Shown in pieces: positions 36,842 to 47,672 of a stretch of DNA of 47,672 nucleotides (positions are counted from its first letter, which is position 1; each line of letters starts with the position of its first letter). A program made the translations under genes and the position numbers. This DNA is from Priapulus caudatus. Its lineage: Eukaryota. The stretch lies in contig NW_014577092.1 of NCBI RefSeq assembly GCF_000485595.1, positions 97,766 to 145,437 of the forward strand, written 5' to 3'. The notes below the pieces were generated by a model that saw nothing but the letters and a program-made list of their open reading frames with translations, was not told the DNA's origin and made no database searches.

Positions 36842-38602
36842 TTGTGCGTGCGTACGTGTGTGCACCACAGACACACACGTACACAGACTCACGCACGCGT
36901 GCACGCACGTACGCATCGCGCCACACGCGCACACACCCATGCTCTGCACATTGCCTCGGGGGGAGCTAGTTTACTGTGATTGCTTATATTTATGTAGTTC
37001 CTCACTTGTCGTGATGCAGAACCGCTCGCGTGTGTTCGCAGCTGTGTAAGGCTCTGCTGAACCTCTCTCTCTCGCGCGCGTCTGCCCCTCAAGTTCATTC
37101 ACATCACACGGCCGGTAACCGCGACCTGTCGCTGCTATAACATTGACCCCGCTTCTTTCCTGGCTCCAATAAACGGTTGAGGATGTTTCAAAGAAAGCTG
37201 GCCGGACTACCCCTGTCCGTCTGCCCTCCCGCCGCTACTTAATTAGTAGTAGTATATGTGAAGTGGGTGGTTGTTCTTTTAAGTGTGCTCAGGAGTTCTG
37301 TAATATAGTGATTGAGATAAGCTACAAAGACCCAAGTTGCCATACAAATTATCAGGAGATTATGTATATCTTTATTTCTAAAACGAGGCCATTTACTACA
37401 AACACTATAGGCATTACTGCTGACAATAGCTCGCCTAAAGTTAGAAGTCATGAAGCACACCTTGACAATTCTTCCACCGAGAGAAATTTTCTGATGGGGT
37501 AGGTCTCTTTTTAATATTTTAAATGTCTTGCTTGGATCAATGACCCTCTACAGTCTACACGAATCCTCTTAGATGCGATACGTCTATCTAATACGTAATC
37601 TCAAACAACTGTCTCTGCATGAAGTTAGGATTTTGCTTTGAGCATTGACGGCGTGCTCCAGCATAGCTATCACTGACATAAGTAACAAGGCCTGTGTTAT
37701 CTAATGTATACTCGCGGTTCTAGTAACTAGAGATGTTCGATTTGTTCTGATATGTTGATCAAAATAGTCGCAACAAACCGATCGCCAGTGGTTATAAACT
37801 TACGCGACTAGCGGTTCTAGTACCTAGACACATCTGGCTATTTATTCGATTATATCAACAGACATAGAGCAAAACTTATATATTGGGTTAAAGGGAGAAT
37901 TGTACTATCAGGAGCTCTTAAAGTTAGGTATAAATATGTTCGATTTGTTCTGATATGTTGATCAAAATATAGGATCGGCTATGTGTGATCGCTGTTTATT
38001 ACATCTGCCATGGGTCGTTGCACAACCGTTGTACAACCGATTCTCCCGTTGCGCCACCTGCTGACAAAGCTAGCGGCTAACCCCATTGTATTCACGTGAG
38101 CGAGACCGCGCGCGCGGTGTTTATTCTCGGGCTGATTGCTTCTCAAAGGTTGCAGCAGCTGCCGAGAATTGTTTTTCGCGAGATATTTTACGGTTTTACG
38201 TAAGCAGAAATACACGTTGGCACGGCTTAGCTAGAGGCATGTGCGTCAGAGGGACGACTCGTGATGACGTTCTTCGCAATAGCCTGATAATTGCATGAGC
38301 CGCCACCCACTCAATCCTAACCTCCCATGCTGGAGGGCTAGAACCGTCACAGGTTTATACAGGCAGCTCCCTCTCCTCTAACTGATCATACAGAACCGTA
38401 ACGAGCACAAACTGTCTGCACGGTCGTTAAGCTCGTAATCTGTGTAGTATGAGTGCAGACCGCCATGTTGAAATCACAGACAGTATATCACGGTTGCTAA
38501 TTGCTTGCGACTCTCTCTCTCTCTCTCTCTCTCTCGCCCCCCTCTCTCTTTCTCTTTTTTTCTTTCTCTCTCGCTATCGCTCTCTCTCTCTCTCTCTCTC
38601 TT

Positions 38603-38643
<41 letters not shown>

Positions 38644-39888
38644 CGCTATCTCTCCTTTTTTCGTTCTCGTTTTTCTCCACTTTCGTTCTCTTTCTCTTGA
38701 GTTCTTTCTGTGTGTCTTTTCTGTTTGGCTCGTGTCCAGCATCCCCCACTGCCTCCGGAGCCCTATAGAAACCTCCAATACTGAACGTTCTAGCAATGAA
38801 TACTACTGCTACATTTTCTAGTAATATCCAGTCTGTCTGACTCCAGCTACCACCACTACTACCGATCTTGTGGTAACATCCGCTGCATCTTAACCTCTAG
38901 CAAGCGCTAGCTACGGAGACAGTGAATGTTTCTATTGCCAGAGACGCAGCGCATGTTGCTAAAACATCTGAAGCAGCGATATTGCTAGAACATCATATGC
39001 AGTGGATGCTACTCAAATATCGAACGCAATAGGTGTTGCTAGAACTACGGAATAAGTGGGCGTTATTAGAATATCCTACGTGCAGTGTGATGATAGAGCA
39101 TTGGCTATCGTAAGCCTCGTGGTACGGTTATCTAGAGAAATTCAAGTTGTCATATGAGGTCGTGTAAAGACGTGAAAGAAGACTGGGAAATAATTCCATT
39201 TCATATAACGGAGTCGGTACTCTACGTAAAATAGTGGGAACGCATGGAAAATTGATTAGATTTCATACGCTTGCTTAGTGGATTGTTAGCCGCTCTATTA
39301 ATTAGTCCCTATGATCTTAGACATAAAACAATAACAGATTTTGATTATTTGGTCTATAAAATATTCATATTCATTACTTCATTACATTATTATATCTTTT
39401 TACTTTTTATGTTTTAAACGTTTAAGGGTTTTTACGTCAAGAAAAGCCATACATCGTATAGGGTCACGCAGTATCAAAAACAATGTTAGTTGCTGTAAAG
39501 GTGGGGTGAATCGAACTTTTTGTGACGTAGAAGTTTTGTGTGATCGGGAGGTGGTAGAGGCGTAGTGTATTCCCTGTCGGCGTTGTTATATTTATCCATT
39601 GTATATGCCTGTCACCATTCTTTACGTCGGGGTATTGTTTCGTAAAGCTTGCCATAGAAAGTATATACGTGATATAAAAGTGCATGGAATATTATTTATA
39701 CTGACTTTCCAATATTATGATAATTACCGTTTCGGTCATTTTTTGATTTTCATTTCGTGTGAACCGTGTTACGGTCGCGTCAAATTTTTTTTTTACATAT
39801 ATAGATATATACTTATTATACGGGCCGTGTCACCCGATCACGTGAGGGTGGATAGCTGACGTGTGCACCCGCCGTTTTTTTTAATCAG

Positions 39889-39998
39889 GTACCGCCGCCT
39901 GGCTCTAAAATGGCATCCGGATAAAAACCCGGATAAGAAGGAAGACGCTGAGCATAGGTTCAAGAAGATCTCTGAAGCCTATGAAGTCCTCTCAAACA
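39889..39998 (+). CDS. DNAJB6: DNAJB6-like second coding exon: [36 protein letters not shown]
   Basis: TTTTTTTTAATCAG|G TAC CGC... and AAC A|GTAAGT; 110 nt, in frame with the previous exon. HPD motif in a [11 protein letters not shown] context typical of DNAJB6/B2/B8. Confidence 0.95.
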
Positions 39999-40033
39999 GT
40001 AAGTGCACTTATTCATTGTCTAGGTGTATAAAT

Positions 40034-40074
40034 AACAAGCAGGATGTGGCGTATATATATACTATATATATATA

Positions 40075-40116
<42 letters not shown>

Positions 40117-41069
40117 ATATATATATAATATTATTATATAGTATATATATATATATATTTTATATATAATATATATATTATTGATTCCTATTGTGTGTTG
40201 TGTATCACACACTCACGCCAAAGCATAGGGATTTCCATGATTTATTCCATTTCGCCATTTTCCCGACTTCGGCCATTATGCCATTCGCCATTAAAAATTG
40301 CACTTCGGCCATTTTTTCTCCATTTCGGCCAGTTTTCCCATTTCGCAGTTTCCGACATTCGCCAGTTTTTCCCAGTTTCGCCATTTTCCCGTTTCGCCAG
40401 TTTCGCCATTCCGCCATTTCGTCGCTATCTGCCCCGACCACGCCCCTTGTTTCGAGGTGGTTAAAGAGGCCTCTGGTAATGAATAAATTACTAACGAATG
40501 CTTGGATATGGAGTCAACTATTTATTTACTAAGAACAAGAAGGCGAAATTCGTACCATACAAAACATATGGATCATGTAGCAGGCACCTAACCCTAACTA
40601 ACCCTAGCCCTAAGCCCTAACCTACCCTTAACAGGCTAACCTTCCTGAGAAATGACTCTTTTTTTTAAGTAATGTGCAGAGGATCAATTTCGTAGCAGGG
40701 GGGTGGAAGCACATAAAATATTGGCGAAATGGGAAACTGGCGAGGTGGGAAAATGGGCGAATGGGAACAATGGCGAATGGGAAAATGGCGAAATGGGGAA
40801 AATGACACGAAGTGGGATAAATGGGCGAAATGGGAAACTGGCGAAATGGGAAATGGCGAATGGAAGACACCATTGCCATGCATCGTAATCAACAATCAGG
40901 AAGTGGCAAACATATATATAATAAATAAATTAACTATATTATCAAGTAGTGAGATAACAAGGGAATATAATATTAACATATCCTGATATATATATATATT
41001 ATATATATAATTGTAAATATATACATCTATTATTATATATATATATATATACGCCACATCCTGCTTGTT
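40034..41069. mobile_element. Composite inverted-repeat element of about 1.04 kb in the DnaJ intron
   Basis: Outer ends AACAAGCAGGATGTGGCG(TA)n / (TA)nCGCCACATCCTGCTTGTT. Inner arrays of TTTCGCCA(T/G)TT(T)CCC (40245-40420) are mirrored by GGGAAA(A/C)TGGCGAAAT (40720-40865). Central CCCTAA-type array at 40587-40630. Confidence 0.85.
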
Positions 41070-41521
41070 GTTTGACTCATTCCTTCCCTCGCGCGTCGCG
41101 CATCCTCGGTCATCGAACCTCGCCTGCTCGCCATCACTCTCCTACTCGACATTGAGGACACTCGGGCACGCTGCGGCTGCCGTATCTCGCACTGCCGACT
41201 ACAGCGGGCTAATACACTAAGGTTTGAGTTTGGCATTTCGCAAGCGATCGACTGCGCTTGTCCGGCGTACTGTTCTGTGTTCATCATGATCACTGGCGCA
41301 TCTCTTATTTTTATTATCGAAATTACACAGACCGAGTGATATAGAAAAGGGGCAGAGGGGAAATACATACAGAGAGAGAAAGAGAGAGAGTGAGAGAAAG
41401 AAATAACGACAGAGAGAAATTGTGCATGCGTGCGTGTGAGCAAGTGCAGGGGGGGACAAGAAAGAAACCGATAGAGCGAGAGAGCGAGAGAAGCGAGAGA
41501 TGAGGAGAGAGGAGAGAGATG

Positions 41522-41580
<59 letters not shown>

Positions 41581-41756
41581 CGAGAGGAGAGGGAAAGGGG
41601 TGAGAGGGTTGGAGACAGAGGACACTGGAGAAAGAGAGTAGAGAACGAAGGACAGAGAGCAAGAGATCGAGGGAGGGAGAGAGGGGGAGACAAGCGAGAC
41701 AGCGCCTGCGAGAAGCTGGGGGATACAGTAAGTAAGGAAAAATGCGCGCGAGATAG

Positions 41757-41821
<65 letters not shown>

Positions 41822-42039
41822 AAGAGGGCGAGCTCTCTTAGAGAGATGGTTGGTAATCTCACGCAGAGCGATATTTTTCCGGCGCCCGAGTAAAACATTG
41901 TTACGCGCGCCAATGTCATCCGTTTACATGGGCCCGCTTAGTAAGAGCCTTCGCTACGCGTGTGAGTTTGTGCGAGCGCTAAATTAGATCAGTCTGCGCG
42001 ACTGTTTCATTTGAGGAAGCGGTATTGCCGCACGATATA

Positions 42040-42440
42040 GAGACCTTCGATCGAGAAAGGGATTCTTGCTTCTGTTCGATGAAGTGCGGGGGCCTCTACT
42101 CTACATTCTCTTCGATAGAAGAAGAACATCTGGCTATAGTGGATAGATCAAGGCCCGCTAAGCTTCTCTTCGATAGAAGAAGAACATCTGACTATATTGG
42201 ATAGATTAAGGCCCGCTAAGCCTCTCTTCGATAGAAGAAGAACATCTGGCTATAGTGGCCCGATGAAGCTTCTCTTCGACAGAGGATGGGACTCTTGATT
42301 CTATTCGGTAGAGAAAGGTCATCTGCATTTTATCCGAAGAAGATCAGGCTTCACTTCGATAGTGGAAGGACATCCAGTTTCTTTTTGATACAGAAATGGA
42401 TGCTTGATTCTTTTCGAGATAGATATTGAATTCTTGATTT
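42040..42440. repeat. Minisatellite: three near-identical 58-bp units within a degenerate array of about 29-bp period
   Basis: TTCGATAGAAGAAGAACATCTG starts at 42111, 42169 and 42227; looser TTCGA(T/C)AG-like anchors continue on both sides. Confidence 0.85.
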
Positions 42441-43749
42441 TCCTAACGTGCGAGCAGGTTCTTCAAGACGGATCAGTTGTCTCGGTGTTTTTACTGCGTA
42501 GGTATTGCAGGCGTTCGGAAACTTGTACGGAGAATCTCCTTGCGCCTAATAACCGGCATTCGTGCCCAGTCTAACTACCGCCACAGTCCAGTCTAGACTG
42601 ATTTCAACGTCCTACGTAGACGAACGATAATTTCCAACGTTAAATCTTCCAACGTGGTCAGTACAGAATTAAACTCGGTACAGTAAGCAGCGTCGGGTAA
42701 GGAATCTGTTTCATTCCGTATTAAAAAAAACACTGGAGGAGATCGCTATACAAGCAGCCAAGTGAAGTCTATAGCCTTCAAATCTCTGCAACTCTCTACA
42801 AATCCCTGCGTTACTAACTTTACTATCACTTAATTGCTTATTGCTGGGCTTCCCTTCTATCATGTTGCACTAGATTGCTGTGTATGTAAGCTGCTCCCTT
42901 GCCGTCATGCATGCATTATATATGTGATTCGTCATTGTGCTAGATTCGTTTACCTAAATTACAGCGATCCACTCTCTGCTTCTTCCCTTGTCCGTTTCCA
43001 TCTCCACGCTTCCCACGCCAACCTCCTCTCTTTGTTCCTCTTCTGCGTATACTCTACCTGTCCCTCTCACACTCACTCCCTTTCCACCTCTCACAATCAA
43101 ACAGATAATGCGATTGTTTCTTAGTTCCTAATTAGAATAATTACAGCGACTCGATTCGTTTTTCGGGATCGGAAATCGATTTCCTGACTGGCGGGAAAAA
43201 AACCTGGACTCGCAAAAACCTGCACGCCAATTATAACGAGGGGGGGACACGCGGTCACATTATAGACCCGCGCGGGTTTTCCGAAGCGAGCGTCGTCCAC
43301 TTAGGCTGATGCCGGTGTATCATCGGCATGCGTAGTCGGTCGCGTCATAACGGTGACACGGGATTTGATCTTTATTGTCCGCGCGCAATGTGGAAAGTGC
43401 ACGTTTGCAACGCTGCGAAGATGTGCACCGGCGATGTCGCTTTCTCGGGGGACGTGCGTGCGCTCCGGATGCATTTAGTCGCGAACAGTTTGCTCGGCAG
43501 CTGCAGTCGTTGTCGCTACTTACGGACAATCATCGCTTCAGTTCGTGTGGAAAGAGTGTGGCACATAAAAGGCGCTCCGATAGAGGAGGTGGGCGAGAGA
43601 TGGATGGTTAGAGACAGTGACTCACGATACGCCTCGTTATAATTGATTGCCGCATTTGTCACATTGTCTCCTCTGTCCGTTTCTATGATCGAGTGATCGC
43701 GTCTGCGTTTCAAATGTCGGCAAGAGAAGAGTCGCGAGATTGGTTTTCA

Positions 43750-43858
43750 CGACGCAAGACTGATGACGCAAGGCACGTAACGCAAGACTGATGACGCAAG
43801 ACACGTAACGCACGTCTGATGACGCAAGGCCCGCAACGGAAGACTCATGATGCAAGCC
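43750..43858. repeat. 28-bp tandem repeat, about 4 copies (ACGCAAGACTGATGACGCAAGGCACGTA)
   Basis: Read directly. Confidence 0.85.
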
Positions 43859-44340
43859 GATACCTGCATATCGTAATCGCGTTTCGCTCGTATAATTTTT
43901 TTCTTGAATCGCCGTGCGCAACAACGCGTCCCCGATGATATCATTCTAATCAAGTTGGAGTTTCTGCGCTTCTCAATTTTTTGCAACGGCGTGTATTTAC
44001 AATCGCGATCCGTTCGCTATGTTATATAACGTCTGAAAACAGATCGTGTCGTCTGACGTTTTAGAACGTCTAGGCTTTTATTCAGAATGTGCTTATCTGT
44101 TCTAAACCTATCCGCTCTTTTGCAATATATGTTCTGCCATCTTCGCAAGACGTTATAGGAATTTCTTCGGTTCAAATTCAGTCCGCCCTGCGAAACCACC
44201 TGTAGTTTCCGTAGTTTAAAGCAAACCTAAACAGAATTTACACTGGCGTGAACTGCGTCCGAAAGACAACCAAATCGCCGACAACAATAACCGACTCCAA
44301 GAGCCAATCAAATGTCAGCCATTTCGAATTTAACAAAACA

Positions 44341-44443
<103 letters not shown>

Positions 44444-44959
44444 TGTGTGATGGTCATGGTGTCTCATGATGTCCTTATATATAGTCCTAATAGAGCCTGT
44501 ATAATATAGTTGTCCTGTAGCTTCAACAGCTACTGAGATGATGTGACGGAATTGATTATTTTCGGATGGCTTTTGAGCATTTCGCGCTTGCTGCGCGCAG
44601 TTCCCTATCGCCACGACTCTACATCGTACTCTCTACTACAGCACGAGAAAACGATTAGGATTCTGGCATTTTAAACGACCATTGCACGCAAAAGTCTGCG
44701 AGAATCGATCAAAAGCACGGGAGAAACGTATATAGTAAATTATTATACGGATAATGATTTCTTTTCATATACGGGCGTGCGCGTGTACTCCGACTCGCAC
44801 GCACGCCGAAACATAGGCATTGAGTGCGTGCGTGCGTGTGTGTGTTGTGTTCGTGCGTGTGCAAAATTTCGTTTTCGTGCAAAAGTGAGACTACACTCGC
44901 CAAGAGTCGCCGTGGTACGCATATTAATTCAATGTACAAAATAGTATATATATATATAT

Positions 44960-44997
44960 CAGGAGTTAATAAAGACATAATTTGTCTTTATTAACTC

Positions 44998-45000
<3 letters not shown>
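44960..45000. mobile_element. 41-bp TIR-only element embedded in (TA)n
   Basis: CAGGAGTTAATAAAGACA-TAATT-TGTCTTTATTAACTCCTG: perfect 18-bp arms flanked by TA repeats. Confidence 0.65.
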
Positions 45001-45035
<35 letters not shown>

Positions 45036-45540
45036 ATATAGAGAGGATATATATGTATATAGGCCCCCTATACGTTACGACTAAAAACAGGACCGATATA
45101 GTATTCTTGATGTTCTCTGATATAGCCTACCACGCACGATAAAGTTATTTCTGTAAACGGAAGGCGGCTATTTCTGAAATCATCGTTCTTAAATCGGCCG
45201 CACGTCCACAGCACAGCGTCAGTAATTTATCAGCCAGATGCATCGCTGCGTACATTCGCGCGTGGATTGGTGCACGCGTGAGTGCGTACGTGCGTGTGTG
45301 GGATGGTGCGTGCGTGCGTGCGTACGTCCGTGCGTGGTTTGGTGCGTGCGTGCGTGGGTTAGTGCGTGCGTGCGTGCGTACGTGCGTGGAATGGTGCGAG
45401 CGTGCGTTCGTGGTTTGGTGCGCGCGTGCATGCGTCCGTGCATGCGTCCATGCGTGCGTGAGTGTGTACGTACGTACGTACGTGCGTGGGTTGGTACGTG
45501 CATGCGTACGTGCGTGCGTACATGCGTACGTGCGTGCGTG

Positions 45541-45672
45541 CGTGCGTGCGTGCGTGCGTCAGTTTCTGAGTGTGCGTGCGTGCGTGCGTCAGTTTCTCAG
45601 TGTGCGTGCGTGCGTGCGTCAGTTTCTCAGTGTTCGTGCGTGCGTGCGTCAGTTTCTCAGTGTGCGTGCGTC
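45541..45672. repeat. 30-bp tandem repeat, 4 copies (TGTGCGTGCGTGCGTGCGTCAGTTTCTCAG), directly upstream of an exon
   Basis: Units end at 45570, 45600, 45630 and 45660. Confidence 0.9.
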
Positions 45673-45681
45673 GTGTTTCAG

Positions 45682-45832
45682 GTCGCCCGAGCCGGACTCG
45701 GCTCAATAACGGCAGCCGGACCACGGTGGGCACGCTCGGCAACCTCGGCTACTCTTCGGGCTTCTTCGGCTTTCCGAGTCCGAGCCTAGGCTTCAGCTAC
45801 AACGGGTTCGCCAACGATGCGCTCACACCCGG
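45682..45832 (+). CDS. DNAJB6: Probable DNAJB6-like G/F/S-rich linker exon: xRPSRTRLNNGSRTTVGTLGNLGYSSGFFGFPSPSLGFSYNGFANDALTPG
   Basis: Acceptor GTGTTTCAG| and donor CCCGG|GTGAGT; C/G-ending codons; Arg/Ser stretch followed by a GFFGFPS motif like the DNAJB6 G/F-S/T region; same strand as and downstream of the J exons. Confidence 0.65.
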
Positions 45833-47596
45833 GTGAGTGTGCGCGGTGCGGCGTGGTACGGCGCCGTGCGCGGTTCAAGTCCGTGCACCCGCGTGCGAGT
45901 TGTTACGTGAATATTTGTACGCGACAAATGATGCCCAAAGTATAACAGTGATGTTTTAAGCCGACTGCTGTGCACACACGCACGTGTTGTATGTGAAAAT
46001 ATTCGCACGACGCGTTAGTCGTGCTGTCTCCCGTGTAATAGCGAGAGCGGTCCCTAATTGTAAAAAAAAATGTTTTGTAGTTCAATCGTGCGCAATGTGA
46101 AAGCGCATTAAGTGGGGCTACGCGATAAAGCCGGATTCTGAGTGATGCTGCGAAATGCGGTCGCCACGGTAACGATTTTATCCGGTCGCCGCGTCGGGTT
46201 TATTTCTCGCGGATAAAGGATTCATTAACGGTGTGACGGAATGCGATTGCCAAATAATGCCCTGCGAGCTTAACGAAGGCGTAACTTGACTGCAAATAAT
46301 ACTATCCATCTCCCTACAGACTACACCCCCGAGTAGCCACAGGCTGCCACCGGTGTGCAGTTGTACTGACAGCGCTGCGTAACTCTATATGCGGTGAGGC
46401 AAAGCGCAAATCCGTAGCGTCGGTTCACTGTTACTACGGCGTACGACTTTTGCAGCCCGCGCCCCCTCGTGTCAAAATATCTCACCGTCGCCCGGTGATG
46501 ATAATACTTTTACCGTTTTTCGCGTCTCGCTGTTGTCTCCTGTTCTTGCTTGTTTTTTTTTTGCCTGCCTGCCTGCCTGCCTGCTTTCCTGCCTGCCTGC
46601 TTGCCTTTCTGCCTGCCTACTCTGTCTCTCCCTCTCCCTCTGCCTCTGTCTCTCCCTCTCCCTCTGTCTCTCCATCTCACCCTCCCTCTCGTCCTCGTAC
46701 ATTTAATTTCGATTATTCATCTAATTAACTAGTCCCTTTTCGTGATTTCTGCCCGAAGTGATATCTTGATTTTCTGCATTTATGTTCGTTACATTCTACA
46801 TTCTCGTTCGTTAACTTTCACCACGTCGCCTTTGCTCTTAACCAACGTAAGGCGGCAATCATGGTGCGCCCTGACGGCCACGTGCGAGAGCAGGTAAGAG
46901 TAGATAGGCAGGTAAACGGACGTGCAGGGTGCGCTGTCGGACTAGAGAGAGTTTCTGCAAGGTTTCGCTGGGAGCGAGTCGCTGAGCAATATTGCTCATG
47001 TATTTTCAGCAGCCGGTGCCCGTGAGCAGAGCCACGACGAACGCTTCCATCCCTACGCGCAAGGTGAACTAGAAGATGCATGCGTGACTCAGTAGAACTG
47101 TCCTCGCTCTCTCTCTCGCTCTCTCGTGTGTGTCCGTGCGTGCGTGCGCGCATTCACGTGTTCGTTTGTGTATGTGTGCGCACGCGCGCGCGCGTGTGTG
47201 TGTTGTGTGTGTGCGTGCGTGCGTTTTTGCGTGTATTTACACCGAGTGCTGTGTGTTGCCTATGCATGCCACTGTGTGTCACGAGTGCGCGTATCGTGCT
47301 ATATAGTGAATGAGTTCATATGTCTCACGTTGCTGGGATTAGTCCCTGTCGTCGATGCATCCACATGTGCACTATAGGTCTGCTGGCGAAACAGCGTAAC
47401 TGCAGATGTGCCGACAATGACTGCTCGTGGAGCCACCCGTAGGTAGAAGTTGTAACTAACATGTTGCGAGTTTCACGCTGAGAACTAGATCGGCTGTTGT
47501 CATTAACCTAGTATCTCGCTGACTGTATTTAAAATTATGAATGCGACGCGTACTAGTATATACGTATTGTATCGACACGTATTCGTGTTTGATTGG

Positions 47597-47662
<66 letters not shown>

Positions 47663-47672
47663 GTGTGCCATG

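Noticed and set aside
37733..37970. 34-bp direct repeat ATGTTCGATTTGTTCTGATATGTTGATCAAAATA as LTRs or a TSD
   Set aside because: Too short for LTRs, too long for a TSD, and the interval has no element features; most likely a local duplication.
43750..43858. Tandem hammerhead ribozymes (CTGATGA in each unit)
   Set aside because: The required GAAA core and flanking stems are missing (GTAA is present instead).
44130..44220. Missing DNAJB6 G/F exon (reads SAIFARRYRNFFGSNS)
   Set aside because: There is an in-frame stop just upstream, no acceptor in a suitable position, and only a weak FFG resemblance.

Overview
Repeat-rich eukaryotic (metazoan-type, probably invertebrate) genomic DNA from a draft assembly with five N-gaps. 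Nearly all ORFs in the supplied track are translations of microsatellites or gaps and are not genes. The one recognisable host gene is a plus-strand DNAJB6/DNAJB2-type (MRJ) Hsp40 co-chaperone: J-domain exons at 36131-36201 and 39889-39998, and a probable G/F/S-rich exon at 45682-45832. The gene runs off the window end, and I could not find its J-domain helix-IV exon. The rest is simple repeats, minisatellites and many short non-autonomous DNA transposons, several with readable TIRs and TSDs. The most interesting structure is a nest at about 8147-9627. A Helentron-type non-autonomous element (HINE) contains a PIF/Harbinger-like MITE and a Kolobok-like terminus. That terminus carries a frameshifted ORF, missed by the ORF track, for a P2X7-ballast/KolX-type Cys-rich domain (GYRFEPEY...WCSCGVCELMSTAPECICC). 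Other notable items: three unrelated inverted-repeat elements with telomere-type TTAGGG cores, a 2.5-kb foldback element, a perfect 34-bp inverted repeat abutting a tRNA-Ala-like Pol III head, and in-frame tandem splice acceptors before the DNAJB6 G/F exon. I see no CRISPR array or prokaryotic-type system, and no evidence strong enough to claim a wholly new biological system.
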